From: Callorhinchus milii | Lineage: Eukaryota | Direction: 5' to 3' | Assembly (NCBI RefSeq): GCF_018977255.1 | Contig: NW_024704742.1 | Coordinates: forward strand, 93,312,001 to 93,376,000 | Length of the DNA stretch: 64,000 nt | In this document: one piece after another, positions 1 to 13,189 of the stretch | Position numbering within the stretch: position 1 is the stretch's first letter | Layout: each line of letters begins with the position of its first letter | Notes under the pieces: generated by a model | Told to the model about the DNA's origin: nothing | The model's input: the letters and a program-made list of their open reading frames with translations, nothing else | Databases searched by the model: none | Translations under genes and position numbers: made by a program

Positions 1-604
1 GTATGAAGTGGTGAAGCCAATGTGTTGTATTTGGATTAAAGACTTGGACTGTTCCATCATTTCATCGACTTTTGTTAACTCCAGCAATTTCAGGAAGAAG
101 GAAGACTGCAGAAATTCCAGAACTTCTGAAATCGTTTTAAACTTAATGGAAGAAGAACGTATAACAACTATCGAAAATATTAACAACATATAACAAATGT
201 CAAGTAAAGTACACAGCTCGGTTGTCCATCATCAACTTTGACTTTGCGATCAAAATACCCAAGCAAAGGGTTTTGGGTCTGAATCAAGAGACTTTCCACT
301 GATGCAAGACTTTTGCCTGTTGATCGGGACTTCTATCAACTGACTCCATCAAAGAGGCAAGATTTGTATGATTTATGGACTATGCAATTATTGGTTAATT
401 TACTTTGATACAGACATCTGTCTATGCTGTTGACTTGTCTGTTGTATTGCGATATTTTGAACTAACAAACTTTTCATAATAAATGCATTTCATATTAAGT
501 AAACAAATTTTCAAACATAAGTTGCTGAATGTCTTTCGTTCCACTGCTCATGGGTCCTTATTTAAAGAAAGGCTATAAAGAATAAGCTAGTCTTATTCTG
601 TTCA

Positions 605-2048
605 TTGCCCAGAACCCAACATTTGGCCCACCTCCATCTCCTACCTCCCCTGAAAAGAATCTCCCTGCACTCCCTCTCCGCTACCCTGGAGTCGCCTGAA
701 CTCCTCCCTCTCAGGCCTACCTCCCATAACAACTTATCCTCCTCGTCACTGGCCTCTACAACTCCCTCTCCACCATTCTCAATGCCCTTACCCCCCCACA
801 CCTCCCAAACCACCTCCTACTCATGAACCTCACCCTGGTGCACCAGCCACCTCCACTCCACTCAAGGGTCAGCTGCATGCCCCTGAACAAACCTGCCTCA
901 AATCTGATTTAACAAACCACCGGCAAATCTGTCTGGATCACATAAAAAAATTACCGCTCCGCCCTCGCCTCCACTAAATTGTTCTCTATTCCATGATAAT
1001 CGTGGAGGCCAAGGACAAGCCCAGGCTCTTCTTCTCCATCAACAACCAGAACCTCTTTCCACCCTCTCACGCCTCACCCATCCTCTCCTACAACTGCGAG
1101 GAGATGCTAGATTTCCTCAAGACCAAAATTGAGGGGATCCGTTCAGCCACCGCAGGCCTCCCAGCCGCCACCCCCTTCCCATCCCTCTCCCACACTCCAG
1201 CCACTACCCATCCCTTCGAACCCATCTCCCCCCACCCCCTCACCACCACTATACCCTGCATGAAGCCCACCACCTGCCCCCATCCCTATTCTTCGACACT
1301 GTGGATCACTCTATCCTCCTCCACCACCACCTTTCCCTTCAAGGTTCTGTCCTTGAATGGTTCAGATCTTATCTCTCACACTAGCTCCACTTTTGATCTC
1401 CACAAATGGCTTCTCCTCCACCCCCCGCACCATCTTGTGCAGTGGTCCTCAGGGCTCTGTCCTCTCCTCTTCAACCTGTAGATGCTCCCTCTTGGTGACA
1501 TCATCCGCAGACATGGGGTAAACTTCTACGCGGATGGTACCCAACTCTTATCTCTCTGCCTCCACCCTCGACTCCAGGACCACTGATATCCTGACTGACT
1601 GCCTGTCAGACATCAAGTCCTGGATGAGAGCCAACTTTCCACAGCTGAATGTTAGCAAGACCAAGGTTCTCCTGATTGGATCGCGCCAGCACCTCCGCAC
1701 CTCAGGCATTGGTAGTATCAACATTCACGTATGCACACTCCACCTCACCAAACCAGACAGGAACCTTATCCTTTCAAGGCCCTCCATTAGTCTTGCCCCG
1801 CCTATCCCTCCAACCTGCTAAACCCTTGTAAAACTGTACGCTCCCTCCACTCAGCAGGCTGTGGCCTTCTCCATGTCCCCCGCCTGATCCGCTCTATGTC
1901 CCCCATGCGTCCTCACCATCGCAGTCGGGCCTTCAGCCTCTCTGCCCCCACCCTCTGAAACTCCATCCCACATTCCCTTTGTCTCACTCCCTCCCTTGCC
2001 TCTTTCAAGGAACGCTGCAAGATCCTCCTCTTCGACCGTGCCTTCGGT
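605..2048 (+). mobile_element. Degraded L2 LINE (ORF2 remnant)
   Basis: C-rich strand, remnants such as CLSDIKSWMRANFPQLNVSKTKVLLIG, 3' LLFDRAF; many frameshifts. Confidence 0.85.
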
Positions 2049-2094
2049 TGCAATATGTATTGCATAAAAAATTGCTATAGAATTTATTACCTAC

Positions 2095-2174
2095 CTTTGA
2101 AAATCTTCTTCGCCAATTGTAAGAGTATACAAGAAAAAGGGATCCGTGTCATCCGTCAAACGTACAATTAAATC
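2095..2174 (-). CDS. SASS6: SASS6 coding exon 3 (80 nt, PISA motif start)
   Basis: ttttcattag|[26 protein letters not shown]+AG|gtaggt. Confidence 0.95.
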
Positions 2175-5100
2175 CTAATGAAAAGTACAGAAATTAGTTA
2201 TTTTATTTAGGTTTTGCCAATTTCTTCCTCTCAAGAGAAATCAAAGGCAAATCCAATTCTATGCTCATTAAATATCCATGCATTTGCACGTTTTCACAGG
2301 GATTGTTGAATAACAATTAAGAAAGAGCACCCTGGCAGGTTCTCTCCTCCAGTTGGTGATGGTGGGGGCAGGAAAGCAGGGAGGCTGTGGTCATCTGCCA
2401 ACTCTGTGGAATCAGCTAAATGAGCAAACCTTAAAGCCTCTGGTCCGCATGACACAGTGCATTTACCAGGTTATCAGATGATATAGCGAATTATTTTAAG
2501 TATTAACAAATAAAACAGATACTGTATTAAAATGAGCTCCAACGTGTTAATAGTTAGAATCCAATGGTAACAAAGAAGCAAAAATACATACTGTGAACAT
2601 GTAACTAACGATTCAAAGAAAATGTGAATAAGGTATATTTTCATTCCTGAAAACAAACTCAGTTGTAAACTTGCTGGGACTTATCTTTTGTGAAAAATTC
2701 TTGACAGAATCCTTCAAAAGCTTAACATTGTTCAAGTGAGCTAATGCAAGTACAATTAAAAGAACCATGTTTAGTGAAACTTGCCCTAAAGCTCGCAAAA
2801 ATATTTTCTTAAGAAGATTTGATTGTGGTGCACTGAAGAATGCACCACAATCAAAAATGAACATCTTTGTGAATGTTAAATTGAACAATAATAATTTACA
2901 GGCATCTACGGCTACTCTAGTATGTTAAAACCACAATCTCGAAAAAACAACAGTGATTGAATCAGCTTGTATGGATGCATTCGTGAGGAATCCTAGACCT
3001 TCACATGAGGGAAAAGGGGATAGAAGGGAATGGGAGGGAATTAGTGAAGACTTGTGCGGTGAATAAACACCAAAACAGACTGGTTTGTTTCAAAGCTGTA
3101 GATTCTTTGTAACTCATTATTTTAAAATGGTTGGGAGTTACAGTATAAACAAAAGGCAACTCTTAGTGCACAAGCCAAATGTTTATTGTAGGTATAATTA
3201 CTTTTGTTTCTAAAGGTAATAAAGTCAGGGATAAATATATAGATTCAGCTTTGCTCACTTCTGCATTCAAGGAGTTCAAGGCAGTTAATGGTGTCAAATG
3301 TTATTAGTACAAACTGGAAAAAATACTATGGCATACCACAGAGCAGAGCCACAGATTATAACACAAACACACCAATGGGTTTGATAAGGGCAAGGTTTAC
3401 ATGAGAGACTACTCCGGTTTCAAATATATACAGATGGATGCTTTGTAAAGAAAATTACTGATAATTTGATACCAATTATCAGTCTCACTCAATGAGGCCG
3501 CTTCCACACTGGGGAGCACTCTGGTTTCAAATATTTACCTTATCTTTTGTGAAGAAAATGCTTAATAATTTGGTACAATTGTGAGCCTCGCTGAGACTTT
3601 CTTCACTGGGGAATACTCCCCTTTAAAATATTTACTTGAAAGCTTTCTAAAGAAATAGCTAATAATTTGGCACTACCTCCAAGTCTTAATTAGAAACAAC
3701 ATTCGGTGCTGGGAATTGAAATGTCACCAATACAGTGAGCTTTTTTTGGAAAAAAGATTCAAGCAGCATTTCTTTCATGTCCCAGTCGATTGAGAAAATT
3801 GATGAGTTGGCAAGCAAGTGAAAGTAATTCACTGCCAAAGTTGTTTTAAAAAAGACATTTTAACTTAACAAGGTAAAATTGATATTTTCAGTTTTCGAGG
3901 TTAATTAATTTTCAAATACATTCATCTTAAAAATTAAAAAGGGACCCTTTGGATCCATTTTGAACAACATGTAGGATAACACCTTGGAGCATTGCACTAT
4001 GGTAGGGTTGCACCAATCGAGTAAGGGAGAAGGGACATGGGAAGTTGACCACAGTGGCAGTCGAAGAGATAGGTTTTAAGGCGGGATTTAAAGGTTGCTA
4101 GAGAAGGTGAGGTGGAGTAGTTGAGGTAGCGAGTTCCAGAGGTGAGCACAGTGGCTGAAGTTAACACACTATGTTACAAACAAAATGTTTCTGGTTAATG
4201 ATTTAATTCATATCAATATTCTGTACAGCAGAATCTGAAAATCTGCTCCAGTTAGTTTTGCAAACAGCAGCCCAGGCAAACAGGAATCCTAGATTGTGAC
4301 TAAGAACAACCTCAGCTGCTTTTCAGTGATTCAGAAATGGGGGAGAAAAGGTTTACTTCAAAATGCTTTTTAAAACATTTCCTTATTAAGCAGATTTATA
4401 TTTAGAAATTTTTCAATTTTAATTCCAAAAGCAGGTTGTTTTCAAATATTTTACGAAATCCTTCAGTGGATCACAGTAAACATAATAATACTTGCATTTG
4501 ATATAACACCATATCACATCGCTTCACAGAATATACTGTAAAGTGAATTGACTGTATAATGTATGGGCAAAACACAGCTTTATTAAATTCCTTTATTATT
4601 CCTCCCTACGTGAAAGGCACTCTATAAATGTAATTTTGTTGTTGTTGTTTTACTGTGATTGGTGCCGGGGCCCATAAAATGAAACTGTTACAACAGCGCA
4701 CGTTGCAATAAGGGCTGTTCATCAGACGTTGCAATAAGGGCTGTTCAAAATGCAAGGATTCTGTTTAACCAGATTAGCCAGGGGCGCACTAGCATTACTG
4801 AGCCCACCCGCGATGCCTGCACACCATGACCAAAAAACAACAGAAGTAAATTGTTGGTCTACAACGTTTCCACATTATATCTGTATAATGGCCGAGGATT
4901 GCACACTATGTAAAAAAATAAAAATCAAGGTTTCCCCAACTAGAAACGTAGCTGCTACATCAAAAACTGAGAAAACACAACTTGTGTCAGTACCCTGAGG
5001 GGTAAACTATGATCTAATGATTCCTGTTGGTAAGTGCAAATCACATGGCTATCAGATGAGAATAGGATCTCATCCTATTGTATTGAAGAGTTGTATTAGT

Positions 5101-8100
5101 TCTCAGGCTGAACTTGGTACCTTCTTGACCTTTATGGCTCAGTAGTAGGGGGAATGAACCTAGGTTTTTTTTAAAAATCACAGACCATGGAACCACACCT
5201 GAAGAATTCAATACTGCCTTGAAGAGAAGAATGAAGAAAAAAAGAGGGGGAAAAACATCACATTTCTAAAATATCTGTACAATTATAACATTCATCACTT
5301 AATACCAAAAATTAGGTGAAAGTTCTCCAAAAAAGAATCTGCACAGTGGCTTAGAAAAATTACTCTACCTTTTTGTGAACTGGATTAGAAGAAGATTGCC
5401 ATTCTACCATCAGTTGAATATTTTCCCTCCTGCAATTAAAAAGCTACAAGGTTAGTATGAGCCAAAAGGAGACACAAGTCAATTTAAAATAAAAGGGTAT
5501 TATTGAATAGCGTCCTGGACGCTTCAAATTCTATGGTAAAATGCCTGATTATCTACATCAAAATGCAAGGATTCTGTTTATATGCACATTCATATTTTAG
5601 GAATACTATTGTGAGCTGAACTACATTTTAAAGATTAAATATAAGATTTGCTATATACCGTAACACCTGACCCCATTAGAAGACAACTCATTATCGTGTA
5701 AGCCAATATATAGCGAGTCCAACACCAGTGTACATAGTTCACCAAATTTGTCTGCAAATACACATGCACTTGCATGATTCACACAATAAATGTCAATGTT
5801 AGATTTATTCATTAATGATGTCACAGTAAAATAGTATTCACCTCTCATTATAGAAGGCTATCACAGCCACATAGAGGGTACAACAAAGATTCACTCTTAT
5901 GGCACTGGGTAGGAGAGATAATGATGATACTAGGGATGTGACATTAGTTACATGTTAACACTTGGGCCTGTTTTGGGTGCAGAGGGGAAATCTAATGATG
6001 ATCTCAAAATTATGAACTAAATGATGAAGAGTAGAGAGTAGCGTTGTCTACTTTTTGCCAAGTTAGTAATAGGAGGGTTTTGAAGGAAAGAGGAAGCAAG
6101 ATTATGAAGTTTTGGAACAGAAGAATTCCAGAGGGTCAGAGATTATGCAATTCCCTCTGTACAATTAAAGCAAGTTGCATTACCAGAAGAAAAAAAGGCA
6201 GTAGAACCATAGAAACTTACAGCAAAAAAGGCATCCAATCCTTTCAGTCCCATTTATCTGGCCACTCTCCTGCAGTTGACTCCTTTTGGGGACAATGCAC
6301 TCCACATAATTACATGAAGTCAGGACTGGACAGATGCCATGCAATTATACAGAGCATGTAACTACCCAAAATTCATTAGTGGCACCACCTTCCCATCACT
6401 CTCCGCGCTGCTATCCTATTATAATATGCTACAACAGCAAATGACGCTTTACCATAAAACTACCATAAAATCAGTGCTGTCTCACTTTATAGTTGCAACC
6501 ATTTCTCCTGGAACACTGACCATCCAACAAGAGTTGGTAACCCTACTCACACGGTCAACTATTCAAGCAATACAACTATCCAAACTAATTGAACAACTCC
6601 AAAAGAACACATTCTGTGCAACTTTTTTTCTGCAGTTTTGCTACATGGATTATTTTAGATTGATAATACGCCACTTAATTTTGCACCCAGGAGTTCCAAC
6701 TCTACAGTAGTTACAAGTTTACAACACATTATTTATTGGAACCTTTTAACACCCATCAAAGAAAAACTCAATTAAGTAAAATATTTAAATCCAGAATTCA
6801 CACTGATTTAAGTGTCTAAGTGCTCTCTGTCTTTAACTGGTCAGAAACAAACTGTACAGCAGGTATTAAAATGAAGTAAATAAAAGCACACATTCAAGAA
6901 GTCTTTATATAAGAAGGCTGTAATTAAAAATCTTTCCTGTGGATCAATGCCTAGTCTACCATTGGCAGAAGTTCCTTTCTCTTTGTGAAAAATGCCACAG
7001 GATGTTTGACATTCACCTTGATTTAAAAATACAATGCAGCACTTCCTTCACAACTCGAATTATGGCAATCTGACAGCCCAGAAATCAAGACATGTTTTCA
7101 TGCTCCATTTAACATGGGGGTCTGAGTGAATGGATCCAGATGGCTCCACTATAAGTATTTACTCTCTAATTTTATAACAAATTCTAAATCGCTTTTTGCC
7201 CTAACCTACAAATGATAAGCATTCTTTCTGTTTTGTGAAAACTACGTTTATTATTAGCTGTACTTAATGATTATACAACTTGATAAATAAGTAATAGGTA
7301 ATGCTTCTGGTAGATTTTGTTATTTCAACACTGCAAACATAATTGTGCGTCAAGTTATCAGATGAATAAAAAAATCAAACATAATGAAAGTCAAGGAATA
7401 AGTGCAAGCGCTATTAACCGTATTAATGGCTGCTATAGCAACAGAACAATTAAATTCCTTCAACACATGGTGGGAAATGGTGAAGATAAAAAAAGTAGCA
7501 GAATGCACATTAACGATTTCTGCTACATATGGCATGTACCTGCTTACCAGATGGAGAACCAAAGGCACAGGAAGAACAACAACAACAACAAGATTCCATT
7601 TATAAAGCGCCTTTCACGTCAGGAGGACGTCCCAAGGCGCTGCACAGTTGGGTCATGACCCGAGCATTGGGGAAATGGTCAGGGTGAGGGGAGGGAAGGG
7701 AGGGAGCAAGGAGGGGGGAAATGGTCAGGGTGAGGGGAGGGAAGGGAGGGAGCGAGGAGGGGGAAGAGAGTAGAGAGGGGAGCTGAAGGCTCGGTCAAAG
7801 AGAAAGGTCTTGAGACTGGCCTTGAAGGAGGAAAGGGAGGAGGCGGCGAAGGCACTGGGGGATGGAGTTCCAGAGCCTCGGGGCTGAGAGGCGGAAGGCC
7901 CGACCACCGATGGTAGGGCGGTTGGGGCGGGGGATGTGGAGCAGACCGGAGCCAGAGGAACGGAGGGTACGGGCAGGTAGGTAGGGGGATAGTAGGTTGG
8001 AGAGGTAGGAGGGAGCAAGGCCGTGAATGGCCTTGTAGGTGAGGATGAGGATCTTGAAATCAAATCAGTACAATCACTGGGCTATTTACCAAGCTATGTA

Positions 8101-11100
8101 ACTTTGCCATCCACAAAACCTGTGGTTTCTTTTAACCACGATTTGTGTAATGTGAAATTGTAAATGTTTAAATAGCACCTAATATATACATATTATTATA
8201 GTGCTTCACCTACAAATACACAATCACTAAGGTTGCAGTAAATCCTGTGAACCACTTTGAGACATTTTGACGGCCCAAGACGCTATATCAAATGCAATAA
8301 TTATTATAAACAACTTGCATTTAGCAACCTCTGTGTAGGTAGTGTACTGAATCACGTATAATTACTAAAGTACAATAAAGGTAATCATCCCCACAGAAAT
8401 GGGATGGGGCAGAGTCGTGGAGTCATTTGAAGATGAGGAGGATCTTAAATTTGATTGGCCATTGGCTATCAGAGAACCAGTTGAGCTTCGCAAGTATAGG
8501 GGCGATGGTTTTCCAGAGCTTGAGAAGAACAAAATGCAGAGTTCTGGATGATCTGGAGTATGTGGAGAGTTGAGCAGGGGAGGCTGGGACGCGGGACATT
8601 GGAGAAGTCAAGAACTGGTACAGCTAGTAATGACCCATTAAATACAGTATTGGCCATACTGTTCATTGTTTAGCATCTGAAAATATAAATTTAAACTTAT
8701 GGTTGAATGAAGTGCACACACAATCAAAATCCATAAGAATCCTTTCATTTGACATAACCCCTTATATTAAAATTTCTCAAGGTACTTCAGAGTTTTCTAT
8801 AAAGTGCAGTGGCTATTTGTAGACAAACACAGAGAAGAGAAACTCTTCTCTTTTCGAATATTGCAATGGCAATCTTTAAGGTCACCTGAAGAGGCAGAAA
8901 GTACCTTTGGAACTGAGCCTGGCTGAATCCATCACCACTATCCTTGTTAACATTTATGCATAAGTAGTCCCCATTTTTTTCTAAGGAATTCAGAATTTAT
9001 AATCAACCTCAATCTGACATGGAAACACCTTGCCTCCTATCTGGAAAATATGCATTCTTTAACAATAAAATATTGCAGTTCTCTTCCAGCAAGAAATGTT
9101 TTCACCACTTTCAAAGTAGACAACAAAACTATTACTACATTTCAAATAAATATATTGGTAACTATTTTAGCACAAATGCCCCCTTAAGAGAAAATATACC
9201 AAGGCAGTTTGAAGACAAATTCTGTCAAACACACACATATTTTATAATGTATATGTATATATACACACAGTATCATATTTAAATTTTAAAATTGGACAAG
9301 TGCTTTTGATAATTATAACTATCCTATTACTTAAGCATACCTAAAGAGTAACTTTGTGCACTACAAGAACTAATCCAATAATACTGACATAATTGTCAGA
9401 ATGAAAATATGCTTTAAAAAGCAGGTGACTTCCTACAATTCACTTTATTCTCAGAGTTTTCTCTCATTTGTTGTTATTTCCCAAGAAGTGGTCTCCTTGT
9501 AAATGGAAGTAATCCATAACCAAGAATGCAGATTGGCATCTTATTTCTGATAATCACTAGTAGGTCTGCATCAGAAGCCCACCTTAATCCCACTCCTTGT
9601 ACTGTCCCGCACCAGGCTTCGCGACCACATCAGTCCCACCCTCGCTCGCTCCACTGGCTCCCCATCCCCCAGAGGATCGAATTCAAGATCCTCATCCTCA
9701 CCTACAAGGCCATTCACGGCCTTGCTCCCTCCTACCTCTCCGACCTACTATCCCCCTACTTACCTGCCCGTACCCTCCGTTCCTCTGGCTCCAGTCTGCT
9801 CCACATCCCCCGCCCCAACCGCCCTACCATCGGTGGCAGGACCTTCAGCCTCTCAGCCCCGAGGCTCTGGAACTCTATCCCCCAGTGCCTTCGCCGCCTC
9901 CTCCCTTTCCTCCTTCAAGGCCGGTCTCAAGACCTTTCTCTTTGACCGTGCCTTCAGCTCCCCTCTTGACTCTCTACCCCCTCCTCGCTCCTTCCCTTCT
10001 CTCCCCTCACCCTGACCATTCTCCCCCCTGCTCGGGTCCTGACCCAACTGTACAGCGCCTTGGGACGTCCTCCCGACGTGAAAGGCGCTCAATAAATGGA
10101 ATCTTGTTGTTGTTGTGTAGACTTTGCTAAGCATCTCTCCCAAATAGTACAGCAGACACTAGAAACTCACCACATGGAGATCTCCACATACCCACATTCT
10201 CACACTTTTACTGGAAAGGATCAACAGTGCCACACCTCTTCAATATTATTTCTATCCAAGTCACCTAACCTATCTTATACATTAACACCTATACACATAG
10301 AAGCATGGAGAAAGGAACTCTCACACATTTTGGTTGCAGAAATGCTACGTGGCATTGGGTAATACAAAAGCAGGAGATGTGAAAAAGTAAGAAGGTTGAA
10401 TTGACTGTTCATTACTATGAAAGTTTGAGATGTGAAACAAAAAGAAAATACAGTATTCAATAAACATGCATGATAAACATTACAAATAAACTATTAAATT
10501 ATCAAAGCATATGATTAATTACTCAAAAGGCTCACATCCTCTTTGTGAGGTCTTCCAGTTTGAAAGCGGATCTATCAAAAATGGGATCCATCTCAAATTT
10601 ATCAACTTCAAAAATTACAACCTGACTCCAGGTTTAAAAAGGATTTTAGGTGTCTTAATGATGGGTCGCTACAAAAAAAATAATAATTTAATTTGGTCTA
10701 TGATGAAGCTGGTGATCTCAACCCAGATAGTAGATGGGACACAACAATTAGACCCAGTGCTCCTTGCTTTAGGGGAGTGGGAGGAAAATAGCAGATTTGC
10801 CATTCAAGACCATTATTGTTACTGGAAAGTGCTCTAGGGGATGTCAGATGAGAACAGGATGGGGCTTGGCCATGATGCTGTTCCACAGTTGAGTGGCCTG
10901 GCTGTCAACATTCACAATCAAGGCTCAACACATGAAGAATGACCACTTAGGCAAAATGCATTCATCACATCAAAGTTGGTAGATGACACGAACTCTCTGC
11001 TTGCCAGAATATCCGCCTCTTCCCTTCACAAGCTGCAGACTATCCAGAACTCTGTAGCTCCTGCCCTTCACACATCAAGCTCCACCAGCCTATTACCCTC

Positions 11101-12276
11101 ATCCTTGCCTGTTTCCACTGGCTTCCCATCCTCCAGTGGATCGAGTTCAAGATCCTCATCCTAAACATTGAAAATCTCCATCCACTCTACCTCTGCAACC
11201 TTATCAAATCCTACCAGCTTGGCCACTCCCTCCTTCCAGTGGGTTCCTGCCTGCTTCACATTCCCCTCCCCAGCATCGGAAGTTGGGCTTTCAGTATATA
11301 CATAAAATATACAGTCAATTCACTTTATAGTATAATTCTGTGAAGCACTTTGAGACGTTTCAATGACGTGATAAGGCACTATATCAAATGCAAGGAATAT
11401 TATCTGCCCCCACTCTCTGGAACTCTCTCGGACTCCCTTTTACTTGTCCCTTCCCTCACCTTAGTTAAGGTCCACCTCAAGACCTTCACCTTTGCCTATG
11501 CTTTGAGCCATCTTCTCCACACCCCACTCCCACACCCCCAGCTCAGGTCTAAATCCTAGGATGTCCAACATCTTGGAATGTGAAAGACCTTACATCAATG
11601 TAAATTTGTAATGTACGATAGCAGAAGGCACTTCAAGGAGGAAGTTCATGAGAAAGAAGCACACCGGGGAAAAGAAAACTTAAAACTTTTTAACAAAGTA
11701 ATGAATTAACTGCAAAGTTACACATCAACCATGACAAACCTACATCCAAAAGTGCGCGCCTCTTGTCTCCGCTCGCAGCTCTGGGGATCTTTATCAGCAG
11801 AAGAGGTAAAAATGTTAAGGAGGGGGGGGGGAAAAAAAAAGAGGGAGTCCTTCAAGGTTGCTTGGGAAAGCACAGCCAAGTAGGAAAATGACACAAAAAA
11901 AGGCTCCCCTCCTAATCACACCGTTTGCTCTGCTGCTAATAAAAATCCCCCGAGCTGCGGGCTGCTGAACCCAACACTTTGTGCCGCCCCCCCAAAAAAA
12001 AGGGGGGGAAATGCTCCAACCGAATGAATGCAACGACCTGCCCTCCCCTCATCCAACCGGCCCAGAGGCACCGTTAAAACTGTGCAAATACAAAACCAGT
12101 GTGTGTCGAAAAGCAGAGGAGCCGCTTCCCAGCTCTTCCGGGGCCCGGGACGGACTCTCTCTCTCTCTCTCACACTCACTCTCTCTCACTCACTCTCTCT
12201 CACTCTCTCACCTGTCCTCACACTCCTTGCACTTGATCACCACGGCGGCCGCCTTGCAGAAGAGCTCCTCGGTCAT
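2095..12276 (-). CDS. SASS6: SAS-6 centriolar assembly protein, 5' part (coding exons 1-3; gene continues left of the window)
   Basis: Exons 12276-12212, 5429-5369 and 2174-2095, all GT-AG with consistent phases, join to [68 protein letters not shown]. This is colinear with the vertebrate SAS-6 head domain (human [23 protein letters not shown]...[22 protein letters not shown], from memory). Confidence 0.95.
3405..3680. repeat. Diverged ~100-bp tandem triplication
   Basis: actc..tttcaaatat...aagaaaat..taatttg recurs at 3411, 3518 and 3615. Confidence 0.75.
5369..5429 (-). CDS. SASS6: SASS6 coding exon 2 (61 nt)
   Basis: ttgcag|G [20 protein letters not shown]|gtagag. Confidence 0.92.
7575..8062 (-). 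mobile_element. Young 5'-truncated L2
   Basis: FKASLKTFLFDRAF, 3' stem-loop and (TTG)n tail; near-identical to the copies at 9.6 and 33.4 kb. Confidence 0.9.
9602..10116 (+). mobile_element. Young 5'-truncated L2
   Basis: [30 protein letters not shown]...[10 protein letters not shown]; (TTG)n tail. Confidence 0.92.
10975..11605 (+). mobile_element. Old L2 3' fragment interrupted by a SINE 3' fragment (about 11295-11403)
   Basis: LQTIQNS and HWLP remnants; L2 resumes after the SINE tail. Confidence 0.75.
12212..12276 (-). CDS. SASS6: SASS6 coding exon 1 (65 nt)
   Basis: ATG at 12276, [21 protein letters not shown]+AG, donor AG|gtgaga; inside the CpG island. Confidence 0.92.
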
Positions 12277-12784
12277 CCTGCTCCTGCTGCGGGCTTTCCT
12301 GCTGTTAATTCTGACCTTTTTTTTTAACCCCCCTCTCTCTCTCTCTCTCTCTCGTTCCTCTCTTCAACTCATGATCACTCCGCAGGTGACACGAGCTCCG
12401 CCAGGTGGTGTATGTACGCGGGGTGAGGAGGAGGAGGAGGAGGAGGGGGTGGGGGGGAGTGGAAGGGGGAGAGCGAGAGAGAGTTCAAAGCCGGCGGGTA
12501 AAACAAGCTCGGGGGTGGGCGAGTTCAGAGGCGAGGCCCGGCCCAGCCAGCCCGGCCCAGGGGTGGGAGTGAGTGAGTGAGTGAGTGGTTGAGCGGGAAA
12601 GACAGATCAGCCAGTCAGGGCTCGTGGGCGGGAGCAGCAAATCCCAGGCGGTCACCGGGAGGGCAGGTCACTCGTTCAGACCCGCGGCCCTGTCACGTCC
12701 TCCGCACCAGGCGCTGCGCTGTCTCCTTTCCCCCCTTGGCTCCTGACTGCAGCCCCGGCGGGGCCAACCCGCTCCTCCTGGCCT

Positions 12785-13012
12785 CCTCCGTTGCTAGGGG
12801 GGGGGGTCACGCACGCGCCCGCTCGCTGCCCCTCCGTTGCTAAGGCGTGATGCGCTCCTCGCTCTTCCCCCGTTGCTTGGTCGTCACGTGCCCGCTCCTC
12901 TTCCGTTGCCAGGGCGTGACGCGAGCTCTCCTCCGTTACCAGAGGATGACGCTCACGCCCCCCCCATTACCACGGTGTGACACGAGCACTCCTCCGTTGC
13001 TAGGGGTTACCG
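12785..13012. promoter_or_regulatory. Tandem array of about 7 RFX X-box-like motifs
   Basis: ccGTTGCYAgg-like units at 12790, 12836, 12872, 12905, 12935, 12966 and 12996; the last reads GTAACC-CCT-AGCAAC on the minus strand, matching GTNRCC-N(0-3)-RGYAAC. Confidence 0.6.
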
Positions 13013-13189
13013 CGCCTCTTCCCGGACTGCTTCCCGCCTTCTTCACTGCTCGCCGACGAGCTCGATCGCAGACAAGAGGAGACGATCTTAGAGGAGGACT
13101 CGGTGCTGCCACCCCTCCCTCCCCAGGGCTCGGATGAATCAATCAAGAAGCGCTGGAGGTGTGTGTCCATCAAGTCAATAGTGTCAGTC

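Larger units (their letters stand above)
11740..13160. promoter_or_regulatory. CpG island / SASS6 promoter
   Basis: Sharp rise in GC and CpG content around SASS6 exon 1 in an otherwise AT-rich, CpG-poor window. Confidence 0.85.

Noticed and set aside
8..600. 61-aa plus-strand ORF followed by AATAAA; the region looks vaguely LTR-like
   Set aside because: No recognisable protein, antisense inside a SASS6 intron, truncated by the window edge, and no termini or second copy to support an LTR call.
4700..4747. 26-bp-period direct duplication (cgttgcaataagggctgttca)
   Set aside because: Two units only; ordinary slippage duplication, not CRISPR.
11981..13142. Several long ORFs in the CpG island
   Set aside because: By-products of GC-rich low-complexity sequence; the real coding part is the 65-nt SASS6 exon.
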